DNA of 64,000 nt, from assembly GCA_965213675.1 (NCBI GenBank), contig OZ243916.1:1440001-1504000 (forward strand). The letters run 5' to 3'. The notes beneath the pieces were generated by a model, which saw nothing but the letters and a program-made list of their open reading frames with translations, was not told where the DNA came from and did not search any database. Numbering within the stretch: position 1 is the stretch's first letter; each line of letters opens with the position of its first letter. The translations under genes were made by a program, and so were the position numbers. Of the stretch, positions 37,032 through 47,885 are shown one piece after another. The DNA comes from an uncultured Candidatus Binatia bacterium. Lineage in GTDB: Bacteria > Desulfobacterota > Binatia > UBA9968 > JAJDTQ01.

Positions 37032-38192
37032 ATGATCATTCGCTGTCCAAACTGCTCCACGACCTACAAGGTGGACGGTGGCGTCCTCGACGCGCCCAAG
37101 CCGAGTTTCCGTTGTTCCCGATGCAAGCACGTCTTCAGGGTGCAGGTGAGCTTGAAACCGGACACGACCGACGCGGACCGACTCGTGTCGGCCACGGATC
37201 CGGCTTCAACCCGTCACGCTCCGGACACGGACGCCGCGAGCCACGCGCCCGCCGCCGACCCCCAAGTTGCCGAAGATGCCGACTCCCACGGGGCTCCACA
37301 GGCGCAGTCCGACGACGACAATGCGGTGGCCGAAGTCCGTGTGGAGGAAGTCCGCGTTGAGGACATGGAGGACAAGGCGGAAACGCCGCCGGCGCCGGCC
37401 GGATCCCCCGAAGGAAATGCCGAGGAATCCGACGCGGACGGCGTGCCGCACAACCCCGAACTCCCCCACCTTGAATTCGACCCCAACCCCGCCGGGGTCC
37501 GTCTACCGGATGAAGCCGGGTTGCTTGCGTTCCAGAAGGACCACGGCCAGGACGACGCGGATGCGGAGCCCCAGCGCCCGCCGCCGGACTTCACGATCGA
37601 CGACGATTTCCTCATCCCGCCCAAACGGGAAGCACCCCCGCTGCCCCTGCCCGACGCCAAAGGCTCGGTCGTACCCTTTGTGAGTCTCATCGCGCTCATC
37701 CTGTTCGCCGCGGGCTTGGTGACGTTGATTCACATGACCCATCCCGAACCGCTGGACAATCTGTTGCGGCGGGTACCATGGTACGGCGCGGCCGTATTCG
37801 ACAACAGGCATTACAAGAGCACGCTGGTGTTCCAATCGCTGGTGTCGGGCGTGCGGCCGATTCTGAACCAGACGGAGGTCTTTGTCGTCTCCGGCAAGTT
37901 GCTCAACCGGAACGACCAGAGCGTCCGACAGGTTCAGATCGAAGCGCAACTCTTCGATGAGGGAGGAAAACAGGTAGGGCGAGAGGTGACCTTCGTGGGC
38001 AACGCCATTTCAGCCAGGATCATCGAAGACATGAGCTTCCGCGAGATCTCGCTGCTCCAAAGCCTCAAGCCTCAAAGCGCTTACCACATCCCGCCCCAAG
38101 GCTCGGCGGACTTCACCATCGTCTTCCCCAAGCCCAAGGCGGCGGTGGCCACCTTCAGTTGCCGGGTTCTGACGGCCGACGGCGCCGCTTGA
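37032..38192 (+). CDS. Zinc-ribbon (MJ0042-like) / DUF3426 membrane protein
   Basis: CPNC...CSRC, long acidic linker, one TM helix, Ig-like C-terminus. Confidence 0.8.
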   Translation: MIIRCPNCSTTYKVDGGVLDAPKPSFRCSRCKHVFRVQVSLKPDTTDADRLVSATDPASTRHAPDTDAASHAPAADPQVAEDADSHGAPQAQSDDDNAVAEVRVEEVRVEDMEDKAETPPAPAGSPEGNAEESDADGVPHNPELPHLEFDPNPAGVRLPDEAGLLAFQKDHGQDDADAEPQRPPPDFTIDDDFLIPPKREAPPLPLPDAKGSVVPFVSLIALILFAAGLVTLIHMTHPEPLDNLLRRVPWYGAAVFDNRHYKSTLVFQSLVSGVRPILNQTEVFVVSGKLLNRNDQSVRQVQIEAQLFDEGGKQVGREVTFVGNAISARIIEDMSFREISLLQSLKPQSAYHIPPQGSADFTIVFPKPKAAVATFSCRVLTADGAA

Positions 38193-38207
38193 CTGGGCAG
38201 CGCGCCG

Positions 38208-38402
38208 TCAGTCCTTCTTGGAGCCGTCTCCCTTGCCCTTCTCGGTGGCGGTGACGTCGATCTCGTCCGGTTCGTGGAGCGACTTGCGGAAGCTCTGAAT
38301 GCCTTTGCCGAGACCCTGACCGAGTTCCGGAAGCCGGCGGCTGAAAAGCACCATGATGATCACCAGGATGATCAGCAGTTCCCAAATTCCCAAGCCAAAC
38401 AT
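38208..38402 (-). CDS. tatA: Twin-arginine translocase TatA/E
   Basis: MFGLGIWELLIILVII...LPELGQGLGKGIQSFRK. Confidence 0.9.
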   Translation of the reverse strand: MFGLGIWELLIILVIIMVLFSRRLPELGQGLGKGIQSFRKSLHEPDEIDVTATEKGKGDGSKKD

Positions 38403-38526
38403 GATGCCCTCACTTCCAGTGTTGCGCTTTCAAAATCCGTGGACCCATCTGTGGGTCCCTTCTGCGTAGAGGTCTCTTTTCTGGCTTGTTTATCAATAAG
38501 TCAGAAATATTCCCGTCGGTCCGGGT

Positions 38527-38868
38527 CTACTCCGTCATACGCTTGAGCCCCGCCAACGGCTGAACCTTCACCGCCCGCGAGGCGGGCTTCGCCGCCACCG
38601 TGATCTCCTGGCCGTTGAAGGGCGAGATCATCTTGCGCGCCTTGGTCGCGGGTTTGCGCACCACCTTGATCTTCAGCAGGCCGGGGAGCGTGAACGTTCC
38701 CACCGCACGCCTCCTGACGTGACGCTCGATGACCACTCCAAGGTTGTCCAGCACCGAGGCCACGTCCTTCTTCTGGAGCCCGGTCGATTCGGCCAGGGCG
38801 TCCAGAATCTGGGCCTTGGTCATGGCCTCCTTGAGCGCCGTGTTCTTGCGATTTGCGTTTGCCGCCAT
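38527..38868 (-). CDS. HU/IHF family DNA-binding protein
   Basis: MTKAQIL...FTLPGLLKI...KPATKAR...PFNGQEI. Confidence 0.9.
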   Translation of the reverse strand: MAANANRKNTALKEAMTKAQILDALAESTGLQKKDVASVLDNLGVVIERHVRRRAVGTFTLPGLLKIKVVRKPATKARKMISPFNGQEITVAAKPASRAVKVQPLAGLKRMTE

Positions 38869-39050
38869 CCCGTATGTCTCCTTCCGCTGCTTGCAGCCAT
38901 TGTGGAATACGGTATCTCAAGGTAGCTGACCGGCGGTCGAAAAGCGAGTCGTTCCCCACGGGCCAAGTCCGGCCAGTGGTGGCGCGAGTATCCGCATCGT
39001 TGAAAACCAGCCGGCGCGAACGGGCGAGTCGAGACGCCGTTCCGGATTTG

Positions 39051-39140
39051 TCATGTGCTGGGCCGGTATTCGTACTTCAGGTCCCGCAGCTTTTCGATCA
39101 GCGACTCTTCAAGGTCGCGTTCGGGTGTATTCATCGCCAT
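39051..39140 (-). pseudogene. Type I restriction endonuclease HsdR N-terminal fragment
   Basis: MAMNTPERDLEESLIEKLRDLKYEYRP then stop; AGGAG upstream. Confidence 0.55.
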
Positions 39141-39539
39141 TGCAGAGGCTGACTCCTTTTGGCGTTTGACGGACGAGTCGGCCTGTCTGGCGCCGAATGC
39201 GAACGCGCGCCGAAAGTGTCTTCAACGCCGCGGTTGTTGGGGGCGATTCTATTGTAGATGCCTTGGTCCATTATTCTGTTGTCGCTGCCGTGCTTGGGGG
39301 GCTACCGACGTGGCCAGTATCAGGAACTCTGGAGGATTTCCACCCTTTCGCGAGCCGACACCGTCCGAATGCAGTCACCTCCCCGACTGCCAGTCCTGCC
39401 TTGATGCGGTCATCAACGAGGTCCAGTCGTCGGGCGAATTTCCCCGCGCGAGCATCCTGGCAAAGACCGTGTACGGACGAACCGGGCACTGCAAAGCTTC
39501 TGGAGCGAAGGCAGATCGTGCAGCTTGGGCGTTGTTGCC

Positions 39540-39865
39540 CCAGTCCTTCAGGTCGCCGTTCTCATGCGCCAGCAGCGTGCGGCCCCAAACATCGAGGATA
39601 AGCCCGGGCACCGGGTCGGTCCACGCGAGGCCGCCGCCGACCTCGACCCCGAAGCCGGTCTCCGCATCGCCGCCGTCATGGCGCGCGCTGGCCGCCAGCT
39701 TCGGCGTCAGGTGCGCATCCCCCTCCATGGCGATGCGCCAGCTACCCTCCAGGCCGAGCCTGAGACGGGTCACGTCGGCGTCCCAGGCCTTGAGATCGTC
39801 CGTCTTCTCCGATGACGTCCGCGCCCACAGCACGTCCGAGGTCAGCGCCAGGGCCGGGCCGGCCA
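39540..39865 (-). pseudogene. Autotransporter beta-domain fragment
   Basis: DVTRLRLGLEGS...RHDGGDAETGFGVEVGGGL...GRTLLAHE...WG. Confidence 0.65.
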
Positions 39866-39955
39866 CGGGCGTCATCGCGGATGAACACATCGCCTGACCC
39901 ATCAGATGTCGCGAGCCGAGCACACGCGACCGCGCCGGGGAGAACGGACATGTCC

Positions 39956-39984
39956 TTGACTTCATATTCGGGCAACACTATCCT
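39956..39984 (+). promoter_or_regulatory. Sigma70 promoter of the toxin-antitoxin operon (leaderless)
   Basis: TTGACT-17 bp-TATCCT, 6 nt before ATG 39991. Confidence 0.65.
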
Positions 39985-39990
39985 GCCGCC

Positions 39991-40359
39991 ATGAACTGAC
40001 GGGTCGTTTTCCATGACGAGTTCGTGCCGGAGTTTCATGATCTCCACGTCAAGGTGCAGGATGAGGTGTACACGGTCGGCCGCTTGCTGGAGCAGTTCGG
40101 TCCGCAACTGGGTCGGCCGCAGGTGGATACGCTGAACGGGTCTCGGCACGCGAACATGAAGGAGATACGGTTCGGCGCGGCGGACGGGGAATGGCGGGTG
40201 GCCTTCGCCTTCGACCCCGCGCGTGAGGCCGTGCTTCTGGTGGCGGGCGACAAGTCGGGCGGCAGCGGGCGGCGGTTCTACCGTGCGCTCATCCGCAAAG
40301 CCGACGAGCGGTTCGACCGGCACCTTGCCCGCCTCGCCGATGAAAGGGGAACGCAATGA
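39991..40359 (+). pseudogene. RelE/HigB-like (Gp49/DUF891) toxin with a stop at codon 3
   Basis: MN*RVVFHDEF...GPQLGRPQVDTLNGSRHANMKEIR...AFDP...LLVAGDK. Confidence 0.8.
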
Positions 40360-40682
40360 CTGTGAGCCTTGATGAAATGATGGCGGAACTCGACCCCGAG
40401 CGACGGCGCAGGATTGAGGAACGGGCGGCCGAACTGATCGCCGAGGAAATGACGCTGCGCGAACTGCGCAAGGCCCGCGCGCTGACCCAGGCGAGCGTCG
40501 CGCGTGAGCTCGGCATCAGCCAGGACGCCATCTCCCGGCTGGAGAAGCGTAGCGACCTCCTGCTGTCCACGCTGCGCAGAACGGTGGAAGCAATGGGCGG
40601 CAGCCTGTCGCTGATCGCCAGATTCCCCGACCGCCCACCGGTCGAGCTTGCCGGCATCGCCGAACGCGACGCCCGCGATTAA
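40356..40682 (+). CDS. XRE/HigA-like HTH antitoxin
   Basis: LRELRKARALTQ...SRLEKRSDLLLSTLR; ATGA overlap with the toxin. Confidence 0.9.
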   Translation: MTVSLDEMMAELDPERRRRIEERAAELIAEEMTLRELRKARALTQASVARELGISQDAISRLEKRSDLLLSTLRRTVEAMGGSLSLIARFPDRPPVELAGIAERDARD

Positions 40683-40850
40683 CGCCGTCCTGACCGGCCG
40701 CAGGCGGTTTACATCGCGACTCTCATCCTGACTCTCATCCTACTTGTCGCGCCATACCAGCTGAGTACCTCGCACCCGTACTGTGAGGTGGTCCCGGAAA
40801 ATCGGACAGGTTGCCAAGGTGTATTCCACCGACCGAAGGAGGGATACGCA

Positions 40851-41128
40851 ATGAGCACACGACGACGGTTCAGCGGAGACTTCAAGGCGAAGCGCTGGAG
40901 GCGCTGCGCGGAGACAAGACGATCCAGGAGCTCGCGGCGCGGCACAAGGTCCATCCGAACCAAGTGAGCACGTGGAAGCAGCGTGCGGTGGAGGGGATGA
41001 AGGAGGTGTTCTCGAAGGGAGCCGAGCGGGCACGAGGAGACCACGAGGGGGAGGTCCGGGACCTGCACGCGAAGATCGGAGAGCTGACGGTGGAGCGGGA
41101 TTTTTTGGCCAAGGGGCTCAAGTGGTGA
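40851..41128 (+). pseudogene. IS3 OrfA, frameshifted
   Basis: MSTRRRFSGDFKAK then a frameshift near 40892 to ALEALRGDKTIQELAARHKVHPNQVSTWK. Confidence 0.8.
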
Positions 41129-42048
41129 GCCGGGAGAAGCGCCGGGGGATGATCGAGCCCGGCCATCCCAAGCTCAGCTTGAGCCGTCAATGCCATTTGC
41201 TTCGAGTGAGCCGATCCTCTGTGTACCACAGGCCCAAGGGCGAGAGCGCGGAGAATCTGGCGTTGATGCGCCGGATCGACAAGCTGTTCCTGGAGTACCC
41301 CTTCTACGGCAGCCGCCAGATGGTCCGCCATCTGTGGCGGGAGCGAGTCCGAGTGGGTCGTCACCGGGTGCGGCGTCTGATGCGCCTGATGGGGCTCCAG
41401 GCCATCTATCAGGCGCCGCGCACCACCCAACCGCACCCCGAGCACCGGGTCTATCCCTATCTGCTCAAGGGGGTCGCCATCGAACGGCCCAATCACGCGT
41501 GGACCTCCGACATCACCTATATCCCTGTCCAGAGTGGCTTCCTGTACCTGGTGGCGGTCATGGACTGGGCCACCCGCCGGGTGCTCTCCTGGAGGCTGTC
41601 GAACACCCTCGATGCCCGCTTCTGTGTCGAGGCCCTCTCAGAGGCTCTGGAACGCTACGGCCCTCCCGAGATCTTCAACACGGACCAAGGCAGCCAGTTC
41701 ACCAGCCTGGAGTTCACCTCCGTCCTCAAAGACTCCGGCATTGCCATCTCCATGGACGGAAGGGGCCGGCGCATGGACAACATCTTCATCGAGCGCCTGT
41801 GGCGCTCCCTCAAGTACGAGGCTGTCTACCTGCACGAGCTGACCGACGGCTTCGCCGCCCAAAGGGCCATCGCCAACTGGCTCCACTTCTACAACACCCA
41901 AAGACCTCATTCCGCCCTCGCCGGCTCCACCCCGGCGGAGGCCTACGAACGAGGACTCCAGAGGCAGGCCGGACCTCACACCCCGCCCGCCCCTCTGACA
42001 GTTCCTTCGGAACACGAAGACCTGATAAACGGGACCTTGGCGGCATGA
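41125..42048 (+). CDS. IS3 OrfB DDE transposase (rve)
   Basis: WTSDITYI, NTDQGSQF, DNIFIERLWRSLKYE, YNTQRPHSAL. Confidence 0.9.
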   Translation: MSREKRRGMIEPGHPKLSLSRQCHLLRVSRSSVYHRPKGESAENLALMRRIDKLFLEYPFYGSRQMVRHLWRERVRVGRHRVRRLMRLMGLQAIYQAPRTTQPHPEHRVYPYLLKGVAIERPNHAWTSDITYIPVQSGFLYLVAVMDWATRRVLSWRLSNTLDARFCVEALSEALERYGPPEIFNTDQGSQFTSLEFTSVLKDSGIAISMDGRGRRMDNIFIERLWRSLKYEAVYLHELTDGFAAQRAIANWLHFYNTQRPHSALAGSTPAEAYERGLQRQAGPHTPPAPLTVPSEHEDLINGTLAA

Positions 42049-42111
42049 TCGATCGTCTGGAATACACCTTATCTCCGCCGCCTTCCTGTCCTACAAACCA
42101 GGACCACCTCA

Positions 42112-42341
42112 CCTACAACCCGGATTGGGCAGTCCTAATCGAGTCTGACGAGGGCGAACGCCTGTACTTCGTGGTGGAGACGAAGGCCAGCACCCTCGTT
42201 GACGACCTTCGCGGCACCGAGAACGCCAAGATCCAGTGCGGCAAGGCGCATTTCAAGGCGCTCCAACGGGGTGAGGCCCCACCCCAGTACGAGGTCGCCA
42301 CCAGTGTAGACCAAATTCTCGCGAGTATAGGCGGCGGCTAA
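42112..42341 (+). pseudogene. Type III restriction enzyme Res C-terminal nuclease fragment truncated by IS3
   Basis: YNPDWAV...LYFVVETK...LRGTENAKIQCGKAHF. Confidence 0.8.
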
Positions 42342-42780
42342 TTGAATATCGTCGAGGATCAGAAGATGGTAGCGGTCGAGCCGGGCTGGCAGGGCTTCCA
42401 GGGCGAGCTCGCGGCGTGCGACCTGCATGCGCTGCACCAGGTCGGTGGTTCGGGTGAAGAACACACGGTATCCGTTCTCGACGGTCGGGCGCGAACGGCC
42501 GGGTTCCGGACCGCCCTGCCGGCATGCGCGCCACAACAGGACGCCGACACGCGACGGTCAAAGGGTAATGCGTCACTTTCTGCGCGCTGGCCGGAGCCGC
42601 CGGCGTTCGCGGTATCGCCGCTGGCGCTCGGCATGCTTGTGACGGCCTCGCCCGCTGTGCTGGTAGCGCTGCCCCGCAAGCCGCACCGACCGGCGCCGCG
42701 CCCGGTCCAACCGCGCGGCGTTGTCGAGAGAGCTCTGCCGGTACATCGGCTGGCTCAAGCCCGACGGCGGCCTCAAGGAC
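42342..42780 (-). pseudogene. IS21 remnants (IstB helper ATPase fragment plus associated basic ORF fragment)
   Basis: GYRVFFTRTTDLVQRMQVARREL...LDRYHLLILDDI; RYQHSGRGRHKHAERQRRYR...KVTH. Confidence 0.65.
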
Positions 42781-43133
42781 ATTACTTGAGGAAGTTGCTC
42801 GAACGGCTGCCTTCTGAACTGTTGAATCGGCTCGAAGCACTATACCGCCAGGCTATCGCCGGAAGAACCGTAACTCTCGTGGCGTTTATAAGCACTCAAA
42901 GACCTGAACGTCCGAAGGGGCCTCCCAGTCGAAGGCTGGATGCCCTGAAGGACTTTTGCGCCTATCTTGATGAGGACCTCGGGCTGTGGGGCAAGCGATT
43001 TGCTTGGGAACAGCTCGATGGAGAGGGCAAGTGGCGGCACTACTTGACCGACCTCGACGGAATGCTGGACTTTCTCGACCGCTCCGAACAACTGGCCGCC
43101 GACTTGGCGAAAGAAAAGGGCCTTGTCAAGTGA
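42781..43133 (+). pseudogene. 3' fragment of a lower-GC hypothetical gene
   Basis: Protein-like C-terminal part of ORF 42342-43133; no clear start. Confidence 0.35.
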
Positions 43134-43337
43134 CTACCGGCGCGAGCCAGGACCATTTTTTTGGGTTTGAGGTGTGGGGTGTATGTCCGTCTTTTCAATA
43201 TGATAGGAGCGGTTCCCGAGAGCATCCACGCGGTCCGGCAAGAGCCCGACAGCCGATGTCGCTGAAACGCTGAATCATGAATGACAGGCGCGCGCTTGGG
43301 CTACACCGGCAGCGTGCTGCGTCCGGTGGCGCCGGCG

Positions 43338-46244
43338 TCACGCATACGCGGCCACGGGCGCGCAGGTGCACACCAGATTACGGTCGCCCCAGGCGTTGTC
43401 CACCCTGCCCACCGGGACCCAGAACTTGCGCTGCCGCACCCACGCCAGCGGAAACGCCGCCTTGTCCCGCGAATACGAGTGCGGCCAGTCGTCCGAGAGC
43501 AGGTGCGGCGCACTGTGAGGCGCGTTCTTGAGCACGTTGTCCCGCGGGTCCGCGGCACCGGTCTCGATCTCGCGGATCTCCTCGCGGATGGCCAGCATGG
43601 CGTCGCAGAAGCGGTCCAGTTCCTCGCGCGACTCACTCTCGGTGGGTTCGATCATCAGCGTGCCCGCCACGGGCCAGGACATGGTGGGTGCGTGGAAGCC
43701 GTAGTCCATGAGCCGCTTGGCCACGTCTTCCACGGTGACATCGGCCGACGCCTTGAACGGACGCACGTCGACAATGCATTCGTGGGCCACCATATCGTTC
43801 TTGCCCCGGTAGAGGATCCGGTAACCCGAGGACAGCCGGTGCGCGATGTAGTTGGCGTTGAGCACCGCCACCTGGGTCGCGCGGGTCAGGCCGGCGGCGC
43901 CCATCATGGCGATGTACGCCCACGATATCGGCAGGATGCCGGCGCTGCCCCAGGGAGCCGACGACACCGCGCTGATGCCCCCGGCCGGGCCGCACTCGGG
44001 CACGGTCCCGTGGCCCGGCAGATACCCCTTGAGGTGCTCGGCCACGGCCAGCGGGCCGACCCCCGGCCCGCCGCCGCCGTGGGGGATGCAGAAGGTCTTG
44101 TGCAGGTTCAGGTGGCAGACGTCCGGGCCAATGCGCCCCGGTTGGCACAGCCCCACCAGTGCGTTCAGGTTGGCGCCGTCCAGGTAGACCTGACCGCCGT
44201 GCTCGTGAACGATGCGGCAGATCCGGGTGATGCCCTCCTCGAATACGCCGTGGGTGGACGGGTAGGTGACCATCAGCGCGCCGAGTTCGCCGCTGACGCG
44301 CTCGGCCTTGGCGCGCAGGTCGTCCAGGTCGATGTTACCGTCGTCGTCGCAGTCCACCACCACCACGCGCATACCCGCCAGCACCGCGCTGGCGGGATTG
44401 GTGCCGTGGGCGGAACTGGGAATGAGGCAGACCTCGCGCCGTCCCTGACCCATGGCGGCATGATGTTGCCGGATCACCAGCAAGCCCGAGTACTCCCCCT
44501 GGGAGCCGGCGTTGGGCTGCACCGACACTGCCGCGAAACCCGTGATGGCGGCCAGCCATTCCTCCAGTTGGGCGATGAGGCGCCGGTAGCCCCGGGTCTG
44601 GTCCGCGGGCGCAAACGGGTGCATGCGCGCGAACTCGGGCCAGGTCACGGGAATCATCTCGGTGGTGGCGTTGAGCTTCATGGTGCATGATCCCAGCGGA
44701 ATCATCGACTGCACCAGGCTCAGGTCCCTGGCCTGGAGCTCCGCCATGTAGCGCAGCATCTGCGTCTCGGAGTGGTGGCGGTTGAATACCGCCGCTTCCA
44801 GATACCCGCTTTCGCGCACACAACCGCGGGGCAGGTGCGACCGAGCGTCCCGCGCCACCGCCGCCGTCAGGTCTTCGTCCGCCGCGGGCGCGCCGAACAC
44901 ATCCAGCAACGCGCCCAGATCCTCCACCGTGGTGGTCTCGTCCAGGGACACGTGCAACTGCCCTTCGGACGGACGTCCGAGATTGATGCCGCGCTCGGCC
45001 GCCGTGAGCTGGATTGCGCGGGCACGTTCCGGCCCGGCTTCAATGCGCAGCGTGTCGAAGAAATGATCGGCGGCCAGGGAAAAGCCGGCGGCGCGCAGCC
45101 GCTGCGCCAGGAAGGACGCGTGGCGATGCACCCGCTCGGCGATGTTCCTGAGACCGGCGGGGCCGTGATAGACGGCGAACATGGACGCCATGACCGCCAG
45201 CAGCACCTGTGCGGTGCAGATATTGCTGGTGGCCTTCTCGCGCCGGATGTGCTGTTCCCGGGTCTGCAGCGCCAGCCGCAGGGCGCGCGCGCCGTGGGCG
45301 TCCCGGGACACCCCCACCAAGCGTCCGGGCATCATGCGCCGGTAACGCTCGCGGGTGGCGAGGAAACCGGCATGGGGACCGCCGAAACCCATGGGCACGC
45401 CGAAACGCTGGGCGCTGCCCACCACCACGTCCGCGCCCATCTCCCCCGGCGGCTTGAGCAGGCACAGGCTCAGGAGATCGGTGGCGACGATTCCCATCTG
45501 CCCGCCCTCGCGGCAACGCCGCAGGAAGGCATCGAGATCGGGGATGGCGCCGCTGGCCGCGGGATACTGGATGAAGGCGGCGAAGGCATCCGCCGGCGGC
45601 GCGCCGGCGCCGGTCACCAACTCCACGCCTATGGGACGCGCGCGCGTACCCAACACCTCCAGGGTCTGGGGAAAGACGTCCTCGCAGACGAAGAGCTTCC
45701 TGCGCGGAGCGAGGCTGCGCGCGCGGCCCTGGTTGCCGGCGTGCAACGCCAGGAACACGGCCTCGGCGGCCGCCGTTCCCTCGTCAAGCATGGAGGCGTT
45801 GGCGATGTCCATGGCCGTCAGGTCGGTGACCAGGGTCTGGAAGTTCAGCAGCGCCTCCAGGCGCCCCTGGGAGATTTCCGGCTGGTAGGGTGTGTAGGCG
45901 GTGTACCAGCCCGGATTCTCGAGAATGTTCCGGAGGATGACAGCGGGTGTGTGGCAGTCGTAGTAGCCCATCCCGAGACAGGAACGGACAGGCCGGTTTT
46001 CCGCGGCGATGGCGCGCGCCTCGCGCACAAGCTGTTCCTCGGTCAGGGGCTCGGGCAGGTCCAACGTGTCCCGGAACCGGATGTCGTCGGGCACCGCCCG
46101 CTGCACCAGTTGTTCGAGACCATCCAGGCCCAGGACGGCGAGCATCTCCCCCACTTCCGCCGCGCCGGGGCCGATGTGCCGTGACGAAAACAGATCCCGA
46201 AACGAACTTCTGTGGTCTGTCGGCTCCACGGCGCGATCCTCCAT
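43338..46244 (-). CDS. gcvP: Glycine dehydrogenase (decarboxylating), P protein
   Basis: [40 protein letters not shown]. Confidence 0.97.
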   Translation of the reverse strand: MEDRAVEPTDHRSSFRDLFSSRHIGPGAAEVGEMLAVLGLDGLEQLVQRAVPDDIRFRDTLDLPEPLTEEQLVREARAIAAENRPVRSCLGMGYYDCHTPAVILRNILENPGWYTAYTPYQPEISQGRLEALLNFQTLVTDLTAMDIANASMLDEGTAAAEAVFLALHAGNQGRARSLAPRRKLFVCEDVFPQTLEVLGTRARPIGVELVTGAGAPPADAFAAFIQYPAASGAIPDLDAFLRRCREGGQMGIVATDLLSLCLLKPPGEMGADVVVGSAQRFGVPMGFGGPHAGFLATRERYRRMMPGRLVGVSRDAHGARALRLALQTREQHIRREKATSNICTAQVLLAVMASMFAVYHGPAGLRNIAERVHRHASFLAQRLRAAGFSLAADHFFDTLRIEAGPERARAIQLTAAERGINLGRPSEGQLHVSLDETTTVEDLGALLDVFGAPAADEDLTAAVARDARSHLPRGCVRESGYLEAAVFNRHHSETQMLRYMAELQARDLSLVQSMIPLGSCTMKLNATTEMIPVTWPEFARMHPFAPADQTRGYRRLIAQLEEWLAAITGFAAVSVQPNAGSQGEYSGLLVIRQHHAAMGQGRREVCLIPSSAHGTNPASAVLAGMRVVVVDCDDDGNIDLDDLRAKAERVSGELGALMVTYPSTHGVFEEGITRICRIVHEHGGQVYLDGANLNALVGLCQPGRIGPDVCHLNLHKTFCIPHGGGGPGVGPLAVAEHLKGYLPGHGTVPECGPAGGISAVSSAPWGSAGILPISWAYIAMMGAAGLTRATQVAVLNANYIAHRLSSGYRILYRGKNDMVAHECIVDVRPFKASADVTVEDVAKRLMDYGFHAPTMSWPVAGTLMIEPTESESREELDRFCDAMLAIREEIREIETGAADPRDNVLKNAPHSAPHLLSDDWPHSYSRDKAAFPLAWVRQRKFWVPVGRVDNAWGDRNLVCTCAPVAAYA

Positions 46245-46260
46245 GCTCCAGCGCTCTGCG

Positions 46261-46668
46261 TCAGGCGCCGTCGTCGTCCGGTTGCCCCTCGCAGTACTCC
46301 TGGTACTCCTCGTGGGTCATGAGATCGTCGAGCTCACCCACGTCCGACATGGTCACCTTGACGATCCACCCCTCGCCGTACGGATCCTCGTTGACCAGCT
46401 CCGGCGTGTCCGCCAGCGCGTCGTTGACCTCCACCACGGCGCCGCTCACCGGCGCGTAGAGATCCGACACCGCCTTCACGGATTCCACCGCGCCGAACGG
46501 ATCGTCCTTGCTGAGGTTCTCCCCCATTGCCGGCGTCTCCACGTACACCACCTCTCCCAGTTCGTTCTGGGCGAAATCGGATATGCCGATGAGGGCGCCG
46601 TCCGTGTCCTCCACCAGCACCCACTCGTGCTCCCTCGAATACCGCAGCCCCTTGGGGTACTCCATCAT
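46261..46668 (-). CDS. gcvH: Glycine cleavage system H protein
   Basis: [20 protein letters not shown] lipoyl motif. Confidence 0.96.
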   Translation of the reverse strand: MMEYPKGLRYSREHEWVLVEDTDGALIGISDFAQNELGEVVYVETPAMGENLSKDDPFGAVESVKAVSDLYAPVSGAVVEVNDALADTPELVNEDPYGEGWIVKVTMSDVGELDDLMTHEEYQEYCEGQPDDDGA

Positions 46669-46694
46669 TTCCTCCTTCGCGGCCAGCCGATGCG

Positions 46695-47783
46695 CTACCG
46701 GACGAACGGCACGCGGACGACGCGGGCGCGCGCCCGCCTGCGGCGGATTTCCACTTCCACCTCGGTGTCCAGCGCCGCCGCCTCCGGCTCCACGTAACCC
46801 AGCGCGATGGCCTTGCCCAGGGTCGGCGACAGCGTGCCGCTGGTGATGCGTCCCACCTCGCGCCCTTCGCGCCAGATCGGATACCCTTGACGGGCAATGC
46901 CCGCCTCTTCCATCATCAACCCGGTCAGGCGGCGCGTGAGCGGCTCCTTCCGCGCCAACGCCGCGGAGCCGATGAACGGCCCCTTGTCGAGCTTGGTGAC
47001 CCAGCCGAGCCGGGCTTCCGGCGGCGTCGTGGTCTCGTCCAGCTCATGCCCGTAGAGCGAGTAGCCCTTTTCCAGACGGAGGGTGTCGCGCGCGCCCAGA
47101 CCGGCGGGCTCCACGTCGCCGGACGCCGTGAGAACGTCCCACAGCGCGGCGCCGTCCGCCGCGGCGCAGTACAGCTCGAAACCGTCCTCCCCGGTGTACC
47201 CGGTGCGCGAAATGGTGCAGTGGATTCCGTGCACCGCGCCATTCACGAAATGGAACGGCTTGAGCGCCGGCAGCTCCGCCGCGGTCAACGGTTGCAGCAC
47301 GGCCGCGGCCACGGGCCCCTGAAGCGCCAGCAGCGCATAGGCGTCGCTCACGTCCTCCACGGTCACGTCGTCGTCCGCGTGATCCACGAGCCAATGGAAA
47401 TCAACGTCCGCGCGGGCGGCGTTGACGCACAGGAGATACCGCTCCTCTTCCAGCCGGAAGAGCACCAGGTCGTCGATCACCCCCGCCCGATCATTCAGCA
47501 ACAGGGTGTACTGCGCCTGCAACGGCCGCAGGCGCGCGACGTCGTTGGTGGTGACCCGCTGGCAGAAACGCGAAGCCCCTGCGCCGGCAACCTCGAACTC
47601 GCCCATATGGCTGACATCGAAAAGCCCGGCCCGGGAGCGCACGGCCGCGTGCTCGGCCTGAATGCCGCGGTACTGGACCGGCATCTCCCATCCCGCGAAC
47701 GGCACCATGCGCGCGCCCAGCGCCTTGTGCCGCCCGTGCAGCGGTGTTTTTCGGAGAACCTTGCCTTGCGCTTCGTCCGCCAT
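46695..47783 (-). CDS. gcvT: Glycine cleavage system T protein (aminomethyltransferase)
   Basis: FAGWEMP, FDVSHMG, TGYTGEDGFE, GLGARDTLRLE. Confidence 0.96.
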   Translation of the reverse strand: MADEAQGKVLRKTPLHGRHKALGARMVPFAGWEMPVQYRGIQAEHAAVRSRAGLFDVSHMGEFEVAGAGASRFCQRVTTNDVARLRPLQAQYTLLLNDRAGVIDDLVLFRLEEERYLLCVNAARADVDFHWLVDHADDDVTVEDVSDAYALLALQGPVAAAVLQPLTAAELPALKPFHFVNGAVHGIHCTISRTGYTGEDGFELYCAAADGAALWDVLTASGDVEPAGLGARDTLRLEKGYSLYGHELDETTTPPEARLGWVTKLDKGPFIGSAALARKEPLTRRLTGLMMEEAGIARQGYPIWREGREVGRITSGTLSPTLGKAIALGYVEPEAAALDTEVEVEIRRRRARARVVRVPFVR

Positions 47784-47885
47784 GGTCGAGAACCCTGGGA
47801 CGCCGTGGGGCTTGTGACGACGCTTCCGCGAGACGGCCGCCACGCCCTGCCGCCTTCATGAACCTGCGCGCCCGCCGGTGCGCGG

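Larger units (their letters stand above)
40784..42111 (+). mobile_element. IS3-family insertion sequence (about 1.33 kb)
   Basis: IRL TGAGGTGGTCC...GGACAGG, IRR CCTGTCC...GGACCACCTCA; orfA and orfB; no matching target duplication. Confidence 0.9.

Noticed and set aside
39997-39999. Selenocysteine codon in the toxin gene
   Set aside because: The position corresponds to Trp, not Cys, in homologues, and no SECIS-like hairpin is evident
40718-40741. 12-bp tandem duplication GACTCTCATCCT next to IS3
   Set aside because: Only two copies, does not flank the IS, probably slippage
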